Part shown: positions 1 to 9,858 of the stretch, one piece after another
Numbering within the stretch: the stretch's first letter is position 1
Layout of the letters: each line of letters begins with the position of its first letter
Assembly (NCBI GenBank): GCA_965205855.1
Contig: OZ242184.1
Span: 1,280,001-1,344,000 of the forward strand
Source: Thermodesulfobacteriota bacterium
GTDB lineage: Bacteria; Desulfobacterota_D; UBA1144; Nemesobacterales; Mycalebacteriaceae
Reading direction: 5' to 3'
DNA: 64,000 nt
Program-made: the position numbers and the translations under genes
Notes under the pieces: model-generated
The model's input: only the letters and a program-made list of their open reading frames with translations
Databases searched by the model: none
What the model was told of the DNA's origin: nothing

Positions 1-82
1 ACTTGTCAGAAAAGGTTTGATAACCGAAAGTGAATTCTACCCGTATTTAGAATCCCCGCCATTTGAAAAATATGAAGATTAA
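1..82 (+). CDS. 3' end of an upstream ORF of unknown function (partial)
   Basis: Frame 2 is open from the window edge (LVRKGLITESEFYPYLESPPFEKYED*). Its end overlaps the ATG at 72 of the next gene, as in coupled operons. Confidence 0.45.
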   Translation, partial: LVRKGLITESEFYPYLESPPFEKYED

Positions 83-1095
83 GATCAGAGAATCCCAAAT
101 TGAAGACGCACTAGTCAGCATAAGTTCTTTAACCAGTAATTTACTCAACCTCAAAGATGAACCGAGATTGATAGTCAGACAATGGCCCATACCCTCAGGC
201 AGGCTGGACTTGCTTTACACCTACCAAAATAAACTGCTCTTGATTGAGTTAAAAGTAGTCAGGTTTCAAAGCAAATTCCTCAAGCAAATTCTTAACTACA
301 AGTCTGACCTTGTAAATTATCAACAAAAAGGAAAATTGATAAAGGGCGATATTGCCTCTTATCTGTTATGCACCGAAACCACAAAATCCGAACAATCTCT
401 TGCAAGAGAAAAAGGGATTTTTTTGACAGAATATGACCCAAAATATGTCTTGAATATTTTCCATGAAAACTTCAAACCCATTGTCTTTTTCACAGAAACC
501 AAACCGATTGACATAGGGATTTGGAATATCCACTTAATTCACAATCTCCTTTATCTCCTAGAGGGAACAACTTCCATAAAAAAGTTGAAACAAGCAGTGG
601 ATAATTCCGAAAAAACTTTGCACAACAAAATCAGATTCGCTTCCAAACTAAAATTAATTGACTGGTTGCCAAACTGCGACAAAGTTTCTCTTACAGAATT
701 AGGCGAAAAATATGTGGAAAACAAAAATAAAGAATTTCCAGACAGAACAAGCGCAAATACTGCGGGAGTTTGTTATGAAAAATCCTTATAAATCATCTGT
801 AGTTCTGGGAATAGCATCTATCGTTGAATCGGTCTTTGTTCTCTCCAAAAATAGTTATCCGGTTCCAATAAAGAATCTGACAGAGTATTTCCCTCAATAC
901 TCCGGCAAATACTTTGACTGGAAAACCTCAAAAGCAAAATTCAGTGGCACAAGAATGTATTCCAACTACGCCGTAGACCTGGGGTTGTTGGCAAAGACTC
1001 AAGATACTATTTACCTAACACCAGCAGGATTCCGTTTTACAATACAGATGCAAATGCACAAAAACCTAAAAATGGTTGAGGCAATAAGTTTGTAA
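72..1095 (+). pseudogene. NucS-like PD-(D/E)xK endonuclease fused to winged-helix-like domains, split by a frameshift near 745
   Basis: ORF 63-791 has E..RQ..GRLDLL..LIELK..Q..Y nuclease motifs. ORF 712-1095 continues in another frame (EQAQILREF...). Two wing-like motifs (SLTELG, YLTPAG). AT-rich. Confidence 0.65.
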
Positions 1096-1128
1096 ATGTA
1101 CGCCATTTGACACAGAGATACCTCTTTT

Positions 1129-3552
1129 ATGAAAACCGTTGAAATAATCCTCCCCGGTCTGATTTCAGACAGTTTCCATTACTCCGTTCCAAAACACCTG
1201 AAAGACAGCGTGGAAGTCGGCAAACGGGCGACCGTTCCGCTCGGCAAACGGCAAACTATCGGTTTTATCATCGGATCTTCCCCTCCGCCGGAAGGCATAA
1301 CTTTGCGCGATATCATTGATGTGGTTGACGACGAGCCGCTTTTTGACACTAAACGTTTGGAGTTTTTCAAATGGATTGCGGACTACTACATCTGCCCGCT
1401 CGGTGCGGTTATAAGAGCGGCGCACCCGTCCGGACTCGGAAGCATGAGACTTAAAAGGAAGGTTGTTTTAACCGAACCCGGAAAAACGGCTCTTGAAAAA
1501 GGCAAGGTCTCAGGAATCGACGAAACGATACTTCGCGCCCTTGCCGCAGGTGGAGCATCCGGCGGTGAAATCACTTTTGAGAAACTGTTTGAAATCGCAG
1601 AAAACAGCGGCTTCGGAAAAGTTTATTACCTTGAGCGCAAAGGGCTTGTGAAAATTCAATACGATTTCAAACGCGGAGCGAAAATCCTCTATGAAAAAAT
1701 CTATTCCGCTCCCACGGGCTCAAGCGCAAGAAGCGAGGTTTCCAAAACACCCGCAAAACGCTCCATTCTGGATTTCCTTGAGGAACACGGAAAGGTTTCC
1801 GCATCCGGTATAAAAGAGATATTCGGAAACTCCGCCGCCGGACATCTGAAATGGCTTGAAGAAAAGGGAATTGCGGAAATGGAGAAAAGGGAAATAGTGC
1901 GGGACCCGTTCGCGGCGATAAAACCGGACGGCAAACCCGCGCCGAAAATGACCTTTGAACAGGAAAAAGCGGTGTCCGAAATAAAAAAAGGGATGGAAAG
2001 CAAACAGTTTTCCCCCTTCCTTCTTCACGGAATTACCGGAAGCGGAAAAACCGAAGTGTATCTCAGAACTATTGAAGAAGTGATAAAAAACGGCGATCAG
2101 GCGCTTGCGATGGTGCCGGAAATATCACTGACCCCACAGTTGGTTCAGCGGTTCAGAAACAGGTTCGGAGACGCGGTTACCGTTATGCACAGCCTTCTCA
2201 GCGAGGGAGAACGGTTTGACTCATGGCGGAGAATTAAAAGCGGTGCCGCGAAAATAGTGATCGGCGCGCGGTCGTCAATCTTCGCCCCGTTTTCAAACCT
2301 CGGACTGATAGTCGTGGACGAAGAGCATGAAAGAAGTTACAAACAGGAAGAAAAACAGCCCTGCTACAACGCACGCGACCTCGCGGTGGTGCTCGGACGC
2401 ATGGTCGGGTGTCCGGTAATTCTCGGCTCCGCCACTCCCTCGCTTGAAACTTACCGGAACGCGACCACGGGAAAATTCCGCTACCTTTCAATGCCGCTCA
2501 GAATAGAGGGCAGCACACTTCCGCAAGTTACACTTGTTAAACAGGAAAAAACGGTTTTTTCCGGCGCCCTGAAAACCGCCTTGATTGAAAACCACAAAAA
2601 CGGCGGACAGACAATACTGTTTCTGAACAGAAGGGGATTCTCCACCGTTCTCATTTGCGAGGGATGCGACGAACTCCTCTCCTGCCCCAATTGCAGCATA
2701 TCGCTTACCTATCACAAAAAGGAAAACTCCATCAAATGCCACTATTGCGGAATCAAGGAAAAATTTGAGAACCACTGCCCGCAATGCGGCGGAAAATTCA
2801 AACAGATGGGCATGGGAACGCAAATGGTTGAAAACGAGGCGGCGAAAATCCTTCCCGGAGCAACGGTGACGAGAATGGACAGCGACGCTTCGGGTGGGAA
2901 AACCGATTTGATAAACCTTTACGGAAAACTTGAAAAAGGGGAAATCGACGTGCTTGCCGGAACACAGATGGTCGCAAAAGGGCACGACCTACCGGGTGTA
3001 ACGCTTGTGGGTGTAATATCAGCGGATATGTCTCTGGGGATGCCGGATTTTCGTAGCGGAGAGATAACATTTCAGACCCTTACGCAGGTCGCGGGGCGCG
3101 CCGGAAGAGGAAGTTCTCCCGGAAGGGTTTTCATACAAACCTCAAACCCGACGCATCCGAGCATAAGATACGCGGTGGACCAGGATGCGATAGCGTTTCT
3201 TGAAAGCGAGCTTGAAATCAGGCAAATCACCGGATGGCCCCCGTTTTCAAGGGTTGCCGCGCTGAGATTTTCGGGAACAGCGGAAAAAAATGTCAAAACT
3301 GTCGCGGAAAAAATACACGCAAGCGCGATTGAGTCCGCCGGAAGGCTGAAATCTGGCCGTGTGGAGATTGTGGGACATTCCGAATGCCCGATATACAGAA
3401 TAAAAAACCGCTTCAGACGGCATATAATTATGCGTGCGGAGAGCTCATCACTTCTGGGCGCGTTTTCAAAAGCTTTAAAAGAGGAGGCAGAGAGAATAAT
3501 GCCGCCGAAAACCCGTGTTATGGCGGATATTGATCCGATGAGTTTTCTTTAA
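1129..3552 (+). CDS. priA: Primosomal protein N' (replication restart helicase)
   Basis: GITGSGKTEVY Walker A, DEEH box, CxxC Zn-finger pairs, QVAGRAGR, C-terminal DIDP. Confidence 0.97.
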   Translation: MKTVEIILPGLISDSFHYSVPKHLKDSVEVGKRATVPLGKRQTIGFIIGSSPPPEGITLRDIIDVVDDEPLFDTKRLEFFKWIADYYICPLGAVIRAAHPSGLGSMRLKRKVVLTEPGKTALEKGKVSGIDETILRALAAGGASGGEITFEKLFEIAENSGFGKVYYLERKGLVKIQYDFKRGAKILYEKIYSAPTGSSARSEVSKTPAKRSILDFLEEHGKVSASGIKEIFGNSAAGHLKWLEEKGIAEMEKREIVRDPFAAIKPDGKPAPKMTFEQEKAVSEIKKGMESKQFSPFLLHGITGSGKTEVYLRTIEEVIKNGDQALAMVPEISLTPQLVQRFRNRFGDAVTVMHSLLSEGERFDSWRRIKSGAAKIVIGARSSIFAPFSNLGLIVVDEEHERSYKQEEKQPCYNARDLAVVLGRMVGCPVILGSATPSLETYRNATTGKFRYLSMPLRIEGSTLPQVTLVKQEKTVFSGALKTALIENHKNGGQTILFLNRRGFSTVLICEGCDELLSCPNCSISLTYHKKENSIKCHYCGIKEKFENHCPQCGGKFKQMGMGTQMVENEAAKILPGATVTRMDSDASGGKTDLINLYGKLEKGEIDVLAGTQMVAKGHDLPGVTLVGVISADMSLGMPDFRSGEITFQTLTQVAGRAGRGSSPGRVFIQTSNPTHPSIRYAVDQDAIAFLESELEIRQITGWPPFSRVAALRFSGTAEKNVKTVAEKIHASAIESAGRLKSGRVEIVGHSECPIYRIKNRFRRHIIMRAESSSLLGAFSKALKEEAERIMPPKTRVMADIDPMSFL

Positions 3553-3572
3553 TTTCACGGAGAGAAAAGTTT

Positions 3573-6383
3573 ATGCCAAAGGAAAACTGGAAAATAGAAA
3601 TTGCGCCCGACTTGGAATTTGCCAAGCTAACGGTTGAGAGGTTTGAAACCGGGCACCGCAAACTGAAAATTAACGAAAAACGCATACTGCACACGCTTTC
3701 GTCTCACAGCCACTTTCTTGCAAGAGCCGCGCTGAGGGACCCCGAAGTTGTCTCTTTTCCGCTCACAAACAAGATAAAAACAAGAGCCGCAACTGAAAAA
3801 CAGCTTATTTCCCTCGGTCACCGCGTTAAAAATACGGACAAGTTTTTTAAAGAATTGAGACTTTTCAAATACCGGCGACTTGCGCAAATCATATATGAGG
3901 ACATAAACGGCGGGAGTTTCATTAAAACAATGGCGGCGCTGTCAGACCTTGCCGGAGCGGTTGTTGAAGCATCCCTTGTTAAACTTTCAAACGATATGGG
4001 AATAAATGACGCGGGAAGGTTCTGCGTTCTCGCAATGGGAAAACTCTCCGGAATGCAGCTCAACCTCAGTTCGGACATAGACCTTATCTACATATATGAA
4101 GACAAGGGAGACGCACGGCCGTTTGTAGATCTCGCCCAGAGGCTTACGACGGAAATAGGCGCGAACACAGAAAACGGATTTCTCTACAGAGTGGACCTCG
4201 GGTTGCGCCCCGCGGGAATGAAGGGCCCAATCGCCATACACATTGAAGGCGCCCTCGAACACTACTTCCGCATGGGTGAGACATGGGAGAAAATAGCCCT
4301 TATGAAGGCGAGTCCCGTCGCGGGAGACAAAAAACTCGGTAATGAACTGCTCACAAAACTTGACCCGTTCATCTACGGGGCGAACATGGATTACGGCTTG
4401 ATTGAAGACATGGGGGAGATGAAAAGAAGACTGGCGCGAATCAGAAAACAACTTGACCTGAAGCTGGGAGCCGGTGGCATAAGGGAGATTGAGTTTTTCA
4501 CTCAGACGCTTCAAATCCTCAACGGAGCAAACGCAAAACTGCGCGATGCCAATACGTTGTCTGCGCTGAAAAAACTTTTGCAGAGAAAAACCATATCCCG
4601 CGAAACCGAGAACATACTGGCAAACAACTACATATTCCTGAGAAAGGTTGAGCACAACGTGCAGCTTGACGAGGAAACGCAAACGCACTCCATTCCGAAC
4701 TCGCCCGCAAAAATCACCAAACTCGCCAAAATGACGGGTTTTTCCGATGCCGGAGAGTTTGAAAAAACCCTTCGGGAAACAATGGAGGAAACCTCAAACA
4801 TCTGCGGAGAGCTGTTCAAAGATGAGAGCGACCGCGACAGTAAAGAGAAAACATCACTTGAGGAGTGGGAAAAAGAAGAGGCGATAATTACCGAATTTTT
4901 CACAACCGGCGATGCGAGCCGTGAAGAAGCACTTCAAAGCCTTGTTTCACTGGGCTTCAGATTTCCCGAAGATTCTCTTGAGATACTCTCCGACCTTGAA
5001 CGCCCCACTCTGGCGGAGGAAGCGGAATCCGATTCCCGTTCCCGAGGTCTGGTGAAAAAACTCCTACGGGTTCTGTTTGAGCAAGTACACGCAGGCGTAT
5101 GTTCGGATTTGACCCTGATAAATCTCAAACATCTCATGACTTATCAGGAATGGAGGATGTCCACATATCCGCTCATTTCCGCCGCGCCAGAAATGCTGAA
5201 AATCTTTCTGAAAATCATAAGCAGCAACAGTTCCGTAAGCTCATGTCTGGTTCGTTATCCCTACTACATAAGTTCGGTCGCGCTCAAAACCCGCGGCTGG
5301 CTGAGAGAGAAAAAAGAGATAGTGCAGTCTCTGGAAGAAATCATGAGACAGCAGGGTTCTTATGAGGAAAGTCTGGAAACCATGTGCCACTTTAAATACA
5401 CCGAAATGCTTAAACTATGCGTGGCACAGTTTGAGAATCAGACCGATTTTATACATACGGGGAAATACCTTTCCCTGCTTGCCGCCACGGTCCTTGAAGT
5501 CGCTCTGAGCCTGTCAAAAAAACTTGCCGGAAAACACAGCACGGGGGCGACCGTGACAAAATCCTGCGTTTTGGGAATGGGAAAACTCGGAGGATGCGAA
5601 CTCAGCTACTCTTCCGACCTGGACATTATATTCTTGCATGACGGCGACAAAACGGAGCAGTACACCCATCTGGCACAGAGGCTTCTTGGACTTCTGTCAT
5701 TTTCCGACAGCTGCGGACGCCTGTATGAAACGGATACCGACCTCAGACCTTCGGGGAAATCCGGCACGCTTGTAACATCCCTTGACGCATTCAAAAAATA
5801 CCATGAAGCCCGCGGCGGAGCGCGCCTGTGGGAAAGACAGGCGCTTATAAAAGCTACTCCCTGCGCGGGCGGAAACAATTTCGGCAAAAAAGTTATGGAA
5901 ACGGTTGAAAAATACGCTTACACAATGCCGCTTGAACCCGGCTTTCACCGTGAAATAGCTCACTTACGCCAACGAATGGAAAAGGAACTGGCCCGTGAAG
6001 ACGACAAGGTTTTCAACTTTAAAACCGGCAAGGGCGGAATGGTGGACGTGGAATTTCTTGTTCAGGCCTTACAGTTAAAGCACGGTGCGAAACATACCGG
6101 TGTCAGGAAACCCAACACAATTGAAGCGCTTGACAGCCTTACTGCTTTGAAAATTTTAGGAAAAAGGGAAAGTAAAACTCTGAGAGACGGCTATATTTTC
6201 CTCGGAACTCTATCAAATCTTCAGGGGATTTTTAAAAACAGACATGGAAACAGTCTGAGACTGTATGATTTTGAAAGACTTTCACACGAATTTGAGGCGT
6301 TTTCCACCGCGAAAAAACTGCGCGCCGAATATATTTCGACAACACAAGCGATAAGAAAAATATACAAAGGTTTTTTCAATTGA
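3573..6383 (+). CDS. glnE: Glutamine synthetase adenylyltransferase/adenylyl-removing enzyme
   Basis: Two nucleotidyltransferase repeats: MGKLSGMQLNLSSDIDL...DLGLRP and MGKLGGCELSYSSDLDI...DLRPSG; GGIREIEF motif. Confidence 0.93.
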   Translation: MPKENWKIEIAPDLEFAKLTVERFETGHRKLKINEKRILHTLSSHSHFLARAALRDPEVVSFPLTNKIKTRAATEKQLISLGHRVKNTDKFFKELRLFKYRRLAQIIYEDINGGSFIKTMAALSDLAGAVVEASLVKLSNDMGINDAGRFCVLAMGKLSGMQLNLSSDIDLIYIYEDKGDARPFVDLAQRLTTEIGANTENGFLYRVDLGLRPAGMKGPIAIHIEGALEHYFRMGETWEKIALMKASPVAGDKKLGNELLTKLDPFIYGANMDYGLIEDMGEMKRRLARIRKQLDLKLGAGGIREIEFFTQTLQILNGANAKLRDANTLSALKKLLQRKTISRETENILANNYIFLRKVEHNVQLDEETQTHSIPNSPAKITKLAKMTGFSDAGEFEKTLRETMEETSNICGELFKDESDRDSKEKTSLEEWEKEEAIITEFFTTGDASREEALQSLVSLGFRFPEDSLEILSDLERPTLAEEAESDSRSRGLVKKLLRVLFEQVHAGVCSDLTLINLKHLMTYQEWRMSTYPLISAAPEMLKIFLKIISSNSSVSSCLVRYPYYISSVALKTRGWLREKKEIVQSLEEIMRQQGSYEESLETMCHFKYTEMLKLCVAQFENQTDFIHTGKYLSLLAATVLEVALSLSKKLAGKHSTGATVTKSCVLGMGKLGGCELSYSSDLDIIFLHDGDKTEQYTHLAQRLLGLLSFSDSCGRLYETDTDLRPSGKSGTLVTSLDAFKKYHEARGGARLWERQALIKATPCAGGNNFGKKVMETVEKYAYTMPLEPGFHREIAHLRQRMEKELAREDDKVFNFKTGKGGMVDVEFLVQALQLKHGAKHTGVRKPNTIEALDSLTALKILGKRESKTLRDGYIFLGTLSNLQGIFKNRHGNSLRLYDFERLSHEFEAFSTAKKLRAEYISTTQAIRKIYKGFFN

Positions 6384-7795
6384 ATAAGACCAACAGCTCC
6401 GACGAAACAAAAAGATGCATTCTCATGCTCGCAGACGGCGCGCGGGGGGATATTTTTGAGCACCTGATGAGTAAGGGAAAACTGGAAAACATCTCGCGTC
6501 ACATAGTTGAGCCGGGAAGTTTCATACGCGCGTCATCAGTTTTCCCCTCAACCACCGGACCCGCCTACACCCCTTATCTGCTTGGAACTTTCCCCGGAAA
6601 ATGCGGACTGCCGGGAATCCGGTGGCTTGACAAAAAACTGTGGGACAAGCCGTTCACATTCAATCGCATAAGAAGTTATGTCAGTTACGAAGCCAAGTTT
6701 CTCAATACCGATCTAAAGCACGGTCAGCCGACTCTTTTTGAGCTTATTCCCTCAAGTGTCAGCATTTTCAATGAAATGAACAGAGGGCTACCTCCCGAAT
6801 TCAACCTGACCAGACTGTCTTCCGCGTTCCATAAACTGAAAAGCCACTTTCTTGATAATGGAAAATCAATCGACAGAATCGCCGCGGATAAACTGCTCGG
6901 CTGCTTTGACGGAAGAGCGGAGGAGTTTCCTCTTTTTTGCTTTGCGGTCTTTATGGAAATAGATTCTCTTTCCCACAAACTTCACCCTTTTCACCGCAAG
7001 GTTGTGGATGCTTATCTGAAAATTGATGTCATTGTCGGCGAAATTGTCGAAAAACTCAAAAACAAGGGGATTTTTGAACAGACCCTTTTGGCAATTGTAA
7101 GTGACCACGGACTGACCGCCACACACACTCATCTGGACCTCACAAGAATCCTTGAGAAAAAGGGGTTCAAAATTCTTCAATATCCGAACATATTCCGCAA
7201 CTTCTTCGGCGCGGATTGCTCCGTTATGGTTTCGGGCAATTCAATGGCGCACATATATTTCAGGGACGCGGCGGCGAAGGTCAAAAAAAATATAGGACAG
7301 TGCCTCGCTTCCAGAAAAGAGATAGACATAGTTATGAGGCCGGAAGAAAACGGCTGGATTGCAATCTCAAGCCACAGGGGAAAAGGACGGGTCAGAATGG
7401 AAAAGAACACGATATTTTACGAAACAAGCGGCGGCGACCCTTTCGGGTTTCAACCCATGAACAGAGAGATGACAAAAGACGCGCAGTTGGAACTAACCTT
7501 TGAAACGCAATATCCGGATGCTCTGTTGCAGGTATGTCAGATTTTTGAGTCTTCCCGTTCCGGAGACATAGTTGTAAGCGCAAATACGGGTTTTGATTTG
7601 CGAGCGCGGTTTGAGTTTCCCGAACACAGAGCATCTCACGGGGCAATAAACAAAGACCATATCTCCGTTCCCGTCATGCTCAACACGAAGATCCAAAACC
7701 GGCCATCGCGAACGGTGGATATCTATCCGACCATTCTTGAACACATGGGAATGGAAACACCGAAAGACACCGACGGCTCAAGCCTTCTCGTTTAA
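6380..7795 (+). CDS. Alkaline phosphatase superfamily, nucleotide pyrophosphatase/phosphodiesterase type
   Basis: LADGAR, FPSTTGP (Thr nucleophile), DSLSH, VSDHG, ASHG metal-ligand motifs; TTGA overlap with glnE; no signal peptide. Confidence 0.8.
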   Translation: MNKTNSSDETKRCILMLADGARGDIFEHLMSKGKLENISRHIVEPGSFIRASSVFPSTTGPAYTPYLLGTFPGKCGLPGIRWLDKKLWDKPFTFNRIRSYVSYEAKFLNTDLKHGQPTLFELIPSSVSIFNEMNRGLPPEFNLTRLSSAFHKLKSHFLDNGKSIDRIAADKLLGCFDGRAEEFPLFCFAVFMEIDSLSHKLHPFHRKVVDAYLKIDVIVGEIVEKLKNKGIFEQTLLAIVSDHGLTATHTHLDLTRILEKKGFKILQYPNIFRNFFGADCSVMVSGNSMAHIYFRDAAAKVKKNIGQCLASRKEIDIVMRPEENGWIAISSHRGKGRVRMEKNTIFYETSGGDPFGFQPMNREMTKDAQLELTFETQYPDALLQVCQIFESSRSGDIVVSANTGFDLRARFEFPEHRASHGAINKDHISVPVMLNTKIQNRPSRTVDIYPTILEHMGMETPKDTDGSSLLV

Positions 7796-7829
7796 GGGAA
7801 ACCCGTCTTTTGCCGGAGCCGGGGAAATC

Positions 7830-8330
7830 CTACCGCGGAACGGCGGCCTCAATCTCTTTTTCAACTTTCTCTTCGGGCTTTGAAGTCGTAACTGCTATCT
7901 CGCTTGAAATAAGAGAGAACGCATTTTCCATTATCTGTTTTTCTCCGAAAGAGAGGTCTTTTTTCTTGCTTATTCTGAAGATGTCGCGGAACACTTCGGC
8001 AACCTCAAAAATGTCGCCGTTTTTTATTTTTTCCGAATACTCTTTGTGACGTTTGTTCCATGCCTGTTTTTTTGCCCTTGAAAAAGTCGGGGATTTCATG
8101 CCGAGCGTCTCAAAAACCTTGGAAACCCGCCTTTTGGAGATAATTTTCCTCATGCCAACCCCCGATGTGTTTCCCACGGGAACCATAACGGTAATGTCGT
8201 TTTTACGGGTTTTGAGAATGTAGAAATTGGTTTTTTTTCCGGCTATTTCTTTTTTCTCCACAGACTCTATTTTCGCAACTCCGTAGACGGGGTAAACGAC
8301 GTTGTCGCCTGTTTTGAACTGAACGGCCAT
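7830..8330 (-). CDS. carD: CarD family RNA polymerase-binding regulator
   Basis: FKTGDNVVYPVYGVAKI, WNKR, DLSFGEK; start set at ATG 8330. Confidence 0.9.
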   Translation of the reverse strand: MAVQFKTGDNVVYPVYGVAKIESVEKKEIAGKKTNFYILKTRKNDITVMVPVGNTSGVGMRKIISKRRVSKVFETLGMKSPTFSRAKKQAWNKRHKEYSEKIKNGDIFEVAEVFRDIFRISKKKDLSFGEKQIMENAFSLISSEIAVTTSKPEEKVEKEIEAAVPR

Positions 8331-8457
8331 GTAAGCGGGGGAAAACTCCGTACGCAATATTAACAGCACAAGACCACGCGGTCAAATTCTGAAGTTTGAT
8401 AAGGCTGTGATACAATTTAGCTCCGGCGGCTGAAAGCCGCGCAAACACACAAACACA

Positions 8458-9744
8458 ATGCCCGAAACAAAAATCATAAGAAACTATACCAACAGAGGGA
8501 ACGACTCCCGTTCCATCGAATCATATATTAAATCGGGCGGCTATGAGGCGCTGAAAAAATCCCTCGCCATGAGCCCCGGGGAGATTATTGAAACCGTTAA
8601 ACATTCCGGCCTTCGCGGAAGGGGTGGAGCCGGTTTTCCAACGGGAGTGAAGTGGAGTTTTATTCCAAAGGAAAGCGGAAACCCCATCTATTTGTGCTGC
8701 AATGCCGACGAGAGCGAACCCGGCAGTTTCAAGGACAGAGAGATTATTGAGTGCGACCCTCATCAGATAATTGAAGGAATGGCAATCGCGGCGCGCGCCG
8801 TGGGTGCATCAAAGATGTATATATACATCAGAGGCGAGATGCCTTACGGAGCACGAATAATTGAAGACGCGCTTAAAGAGGCGTATGCGGGCGGATATCT
8901 CGGAGAGAACGTAATGGGTTCGGACCTCTGCGTGGATGCCGTTCTTTTCAGGGGCGCGGGGGCATATATCTGCGGTGAGGAAACCGGAATGCTTGAATCA
9001 ATAGAGGGAAAAAACGGAGAGCCGAGACCCAAGCCTCCTTTCCCGGCGCAGTCAGGCCTTTTCAACTGTCCGACCGTTATCAACAACGTGGAAACTCTTG
9101 CGTGCGTTCCCCATATAATCAAAAGAGGAGCGGAGTGGTTTTCATCAATCGGCGTTCCAAAAAACACCGGCACAAAAATTTTCGGGCTCAGCGGATGCGT
9201 GAACCGTCCCGGTCTGTATGAGCTTCCGCTCGGCATATCATTGCGTGAATTGATATATGAATACGGTGGCGGAATTCCCGAAGGCAGACAAATCAAGGCC
9301 GTGTCTCCGGGAGGGTCTTCTTCCGGCATGCTTACGGCGGACGAGATAGACACCGCGATGGACTTTGACACATTAAACCGGCTCGGGTCAATGCTCGGAA
9401 CTGCGGGCGTAACGGTTATGGACGAAACGGTTTCAATGGTTAGCGCGGCGCGAAATCTCGCGCATTTCTATAGGGACGAATCCTGCGGTCAATGCGTTCA
9501 ATGCCGCGAGGGAACATGGTGGCTTGAACAGATGCTCGCAAATATAGAGAAAGGGAAAGGCTCGGTTGAATATCTTGATACAATCCTTGATATCTGCTCG
9601 CAGATGAGCGGCAAGACCATCTGCGCGCTCGCGGACGGTTGCGCAATGCCGGTTGAATCCACGGTGCGAAAGTTCCGGGAAGAGTTTGAGCAGGCAATCG
9701 CAAACGGCGGAGTCAAGTCCAAAAAACTGGGAACATGGAATTAG
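8458..9744 (+). CDS. nuoF: NADH-quinone oxidoreductase subunit F
   Basis: GLRGRGGAGFPTG, NADESEPGSFKDR, GAGAYICGEET, ESCGQCVQCREG...TICAL [4Fe-4S] motif. Confidence 0.95.
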   Translation: MPETKIIRNYTNRGNDSRSIESYIKSGGYEALKKSLAMSPGEIIETVKHSGLRGRGGAGFPTGVKWSFIPKESGNPIYLCCNADESEPGSFKDREIIECDPHQIIEGMAIAARAVGASKMYIYIRGEMPYGARIIEDALKEAYAGGYLGENVMGSDLCVDAVLFRGAGAYICGEETGMLESIEGKNGEPRPKPPFPAQSGLFNCPTVINNVETLACVPHIIKRGAEWFSSIGVPKNTGTKIFGLSGCVNRPGLYELPLGISLRELIYEYGGGIPEGRQIKAVSPGGSSSGMLTADEIDTAMDFDTLNRLGSMLGTAGVTVMDETVSMVSAARNLAHFYRDESCGQCVQCREGTWWLEQMLANIEKGKGSVEYLDTILDICSQMSGKTICALADGCAMPVESTVRKFREEFEQAIANGGVKSKKLGTWN

Positions 9745-9750
9745 CGTTAT

Positions 9751-9824
9751 TGGCTGGGGCGGGAGGATTCGAACCTCCACTGCCGGAGTCAAAGTCCGGT
9801 GTCCTGCCCTTAGACGACGCCCCA
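9751..9824 (-). tRNA. tRNA-Gln (anticodon TTG)
   Basis: Reverse complement TGGGGCGTCGTCTAAGGGCAGGACACCGGACTTTGACTCCGG...GGTTCGAATCCTCCCGCCCCAGCCA folds as a cloverleaf with encoded CCA; usual position after ispE. Confidence 0.96.
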
Positions 9825-9858
9825 ATTTCCACCTAAGCTATACAATACGGAAAGCGAC

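Noticed and set aside
1107-1128. TTGACA upstream of priA
   Set aside because: Too close to the ATG to leave room for a correctly spaced -10 element.
9433-9825. 130-aa minus-strand ORF
   Set aside because: Overlaps tRNA-Gln and the antisense strand of nuoF.
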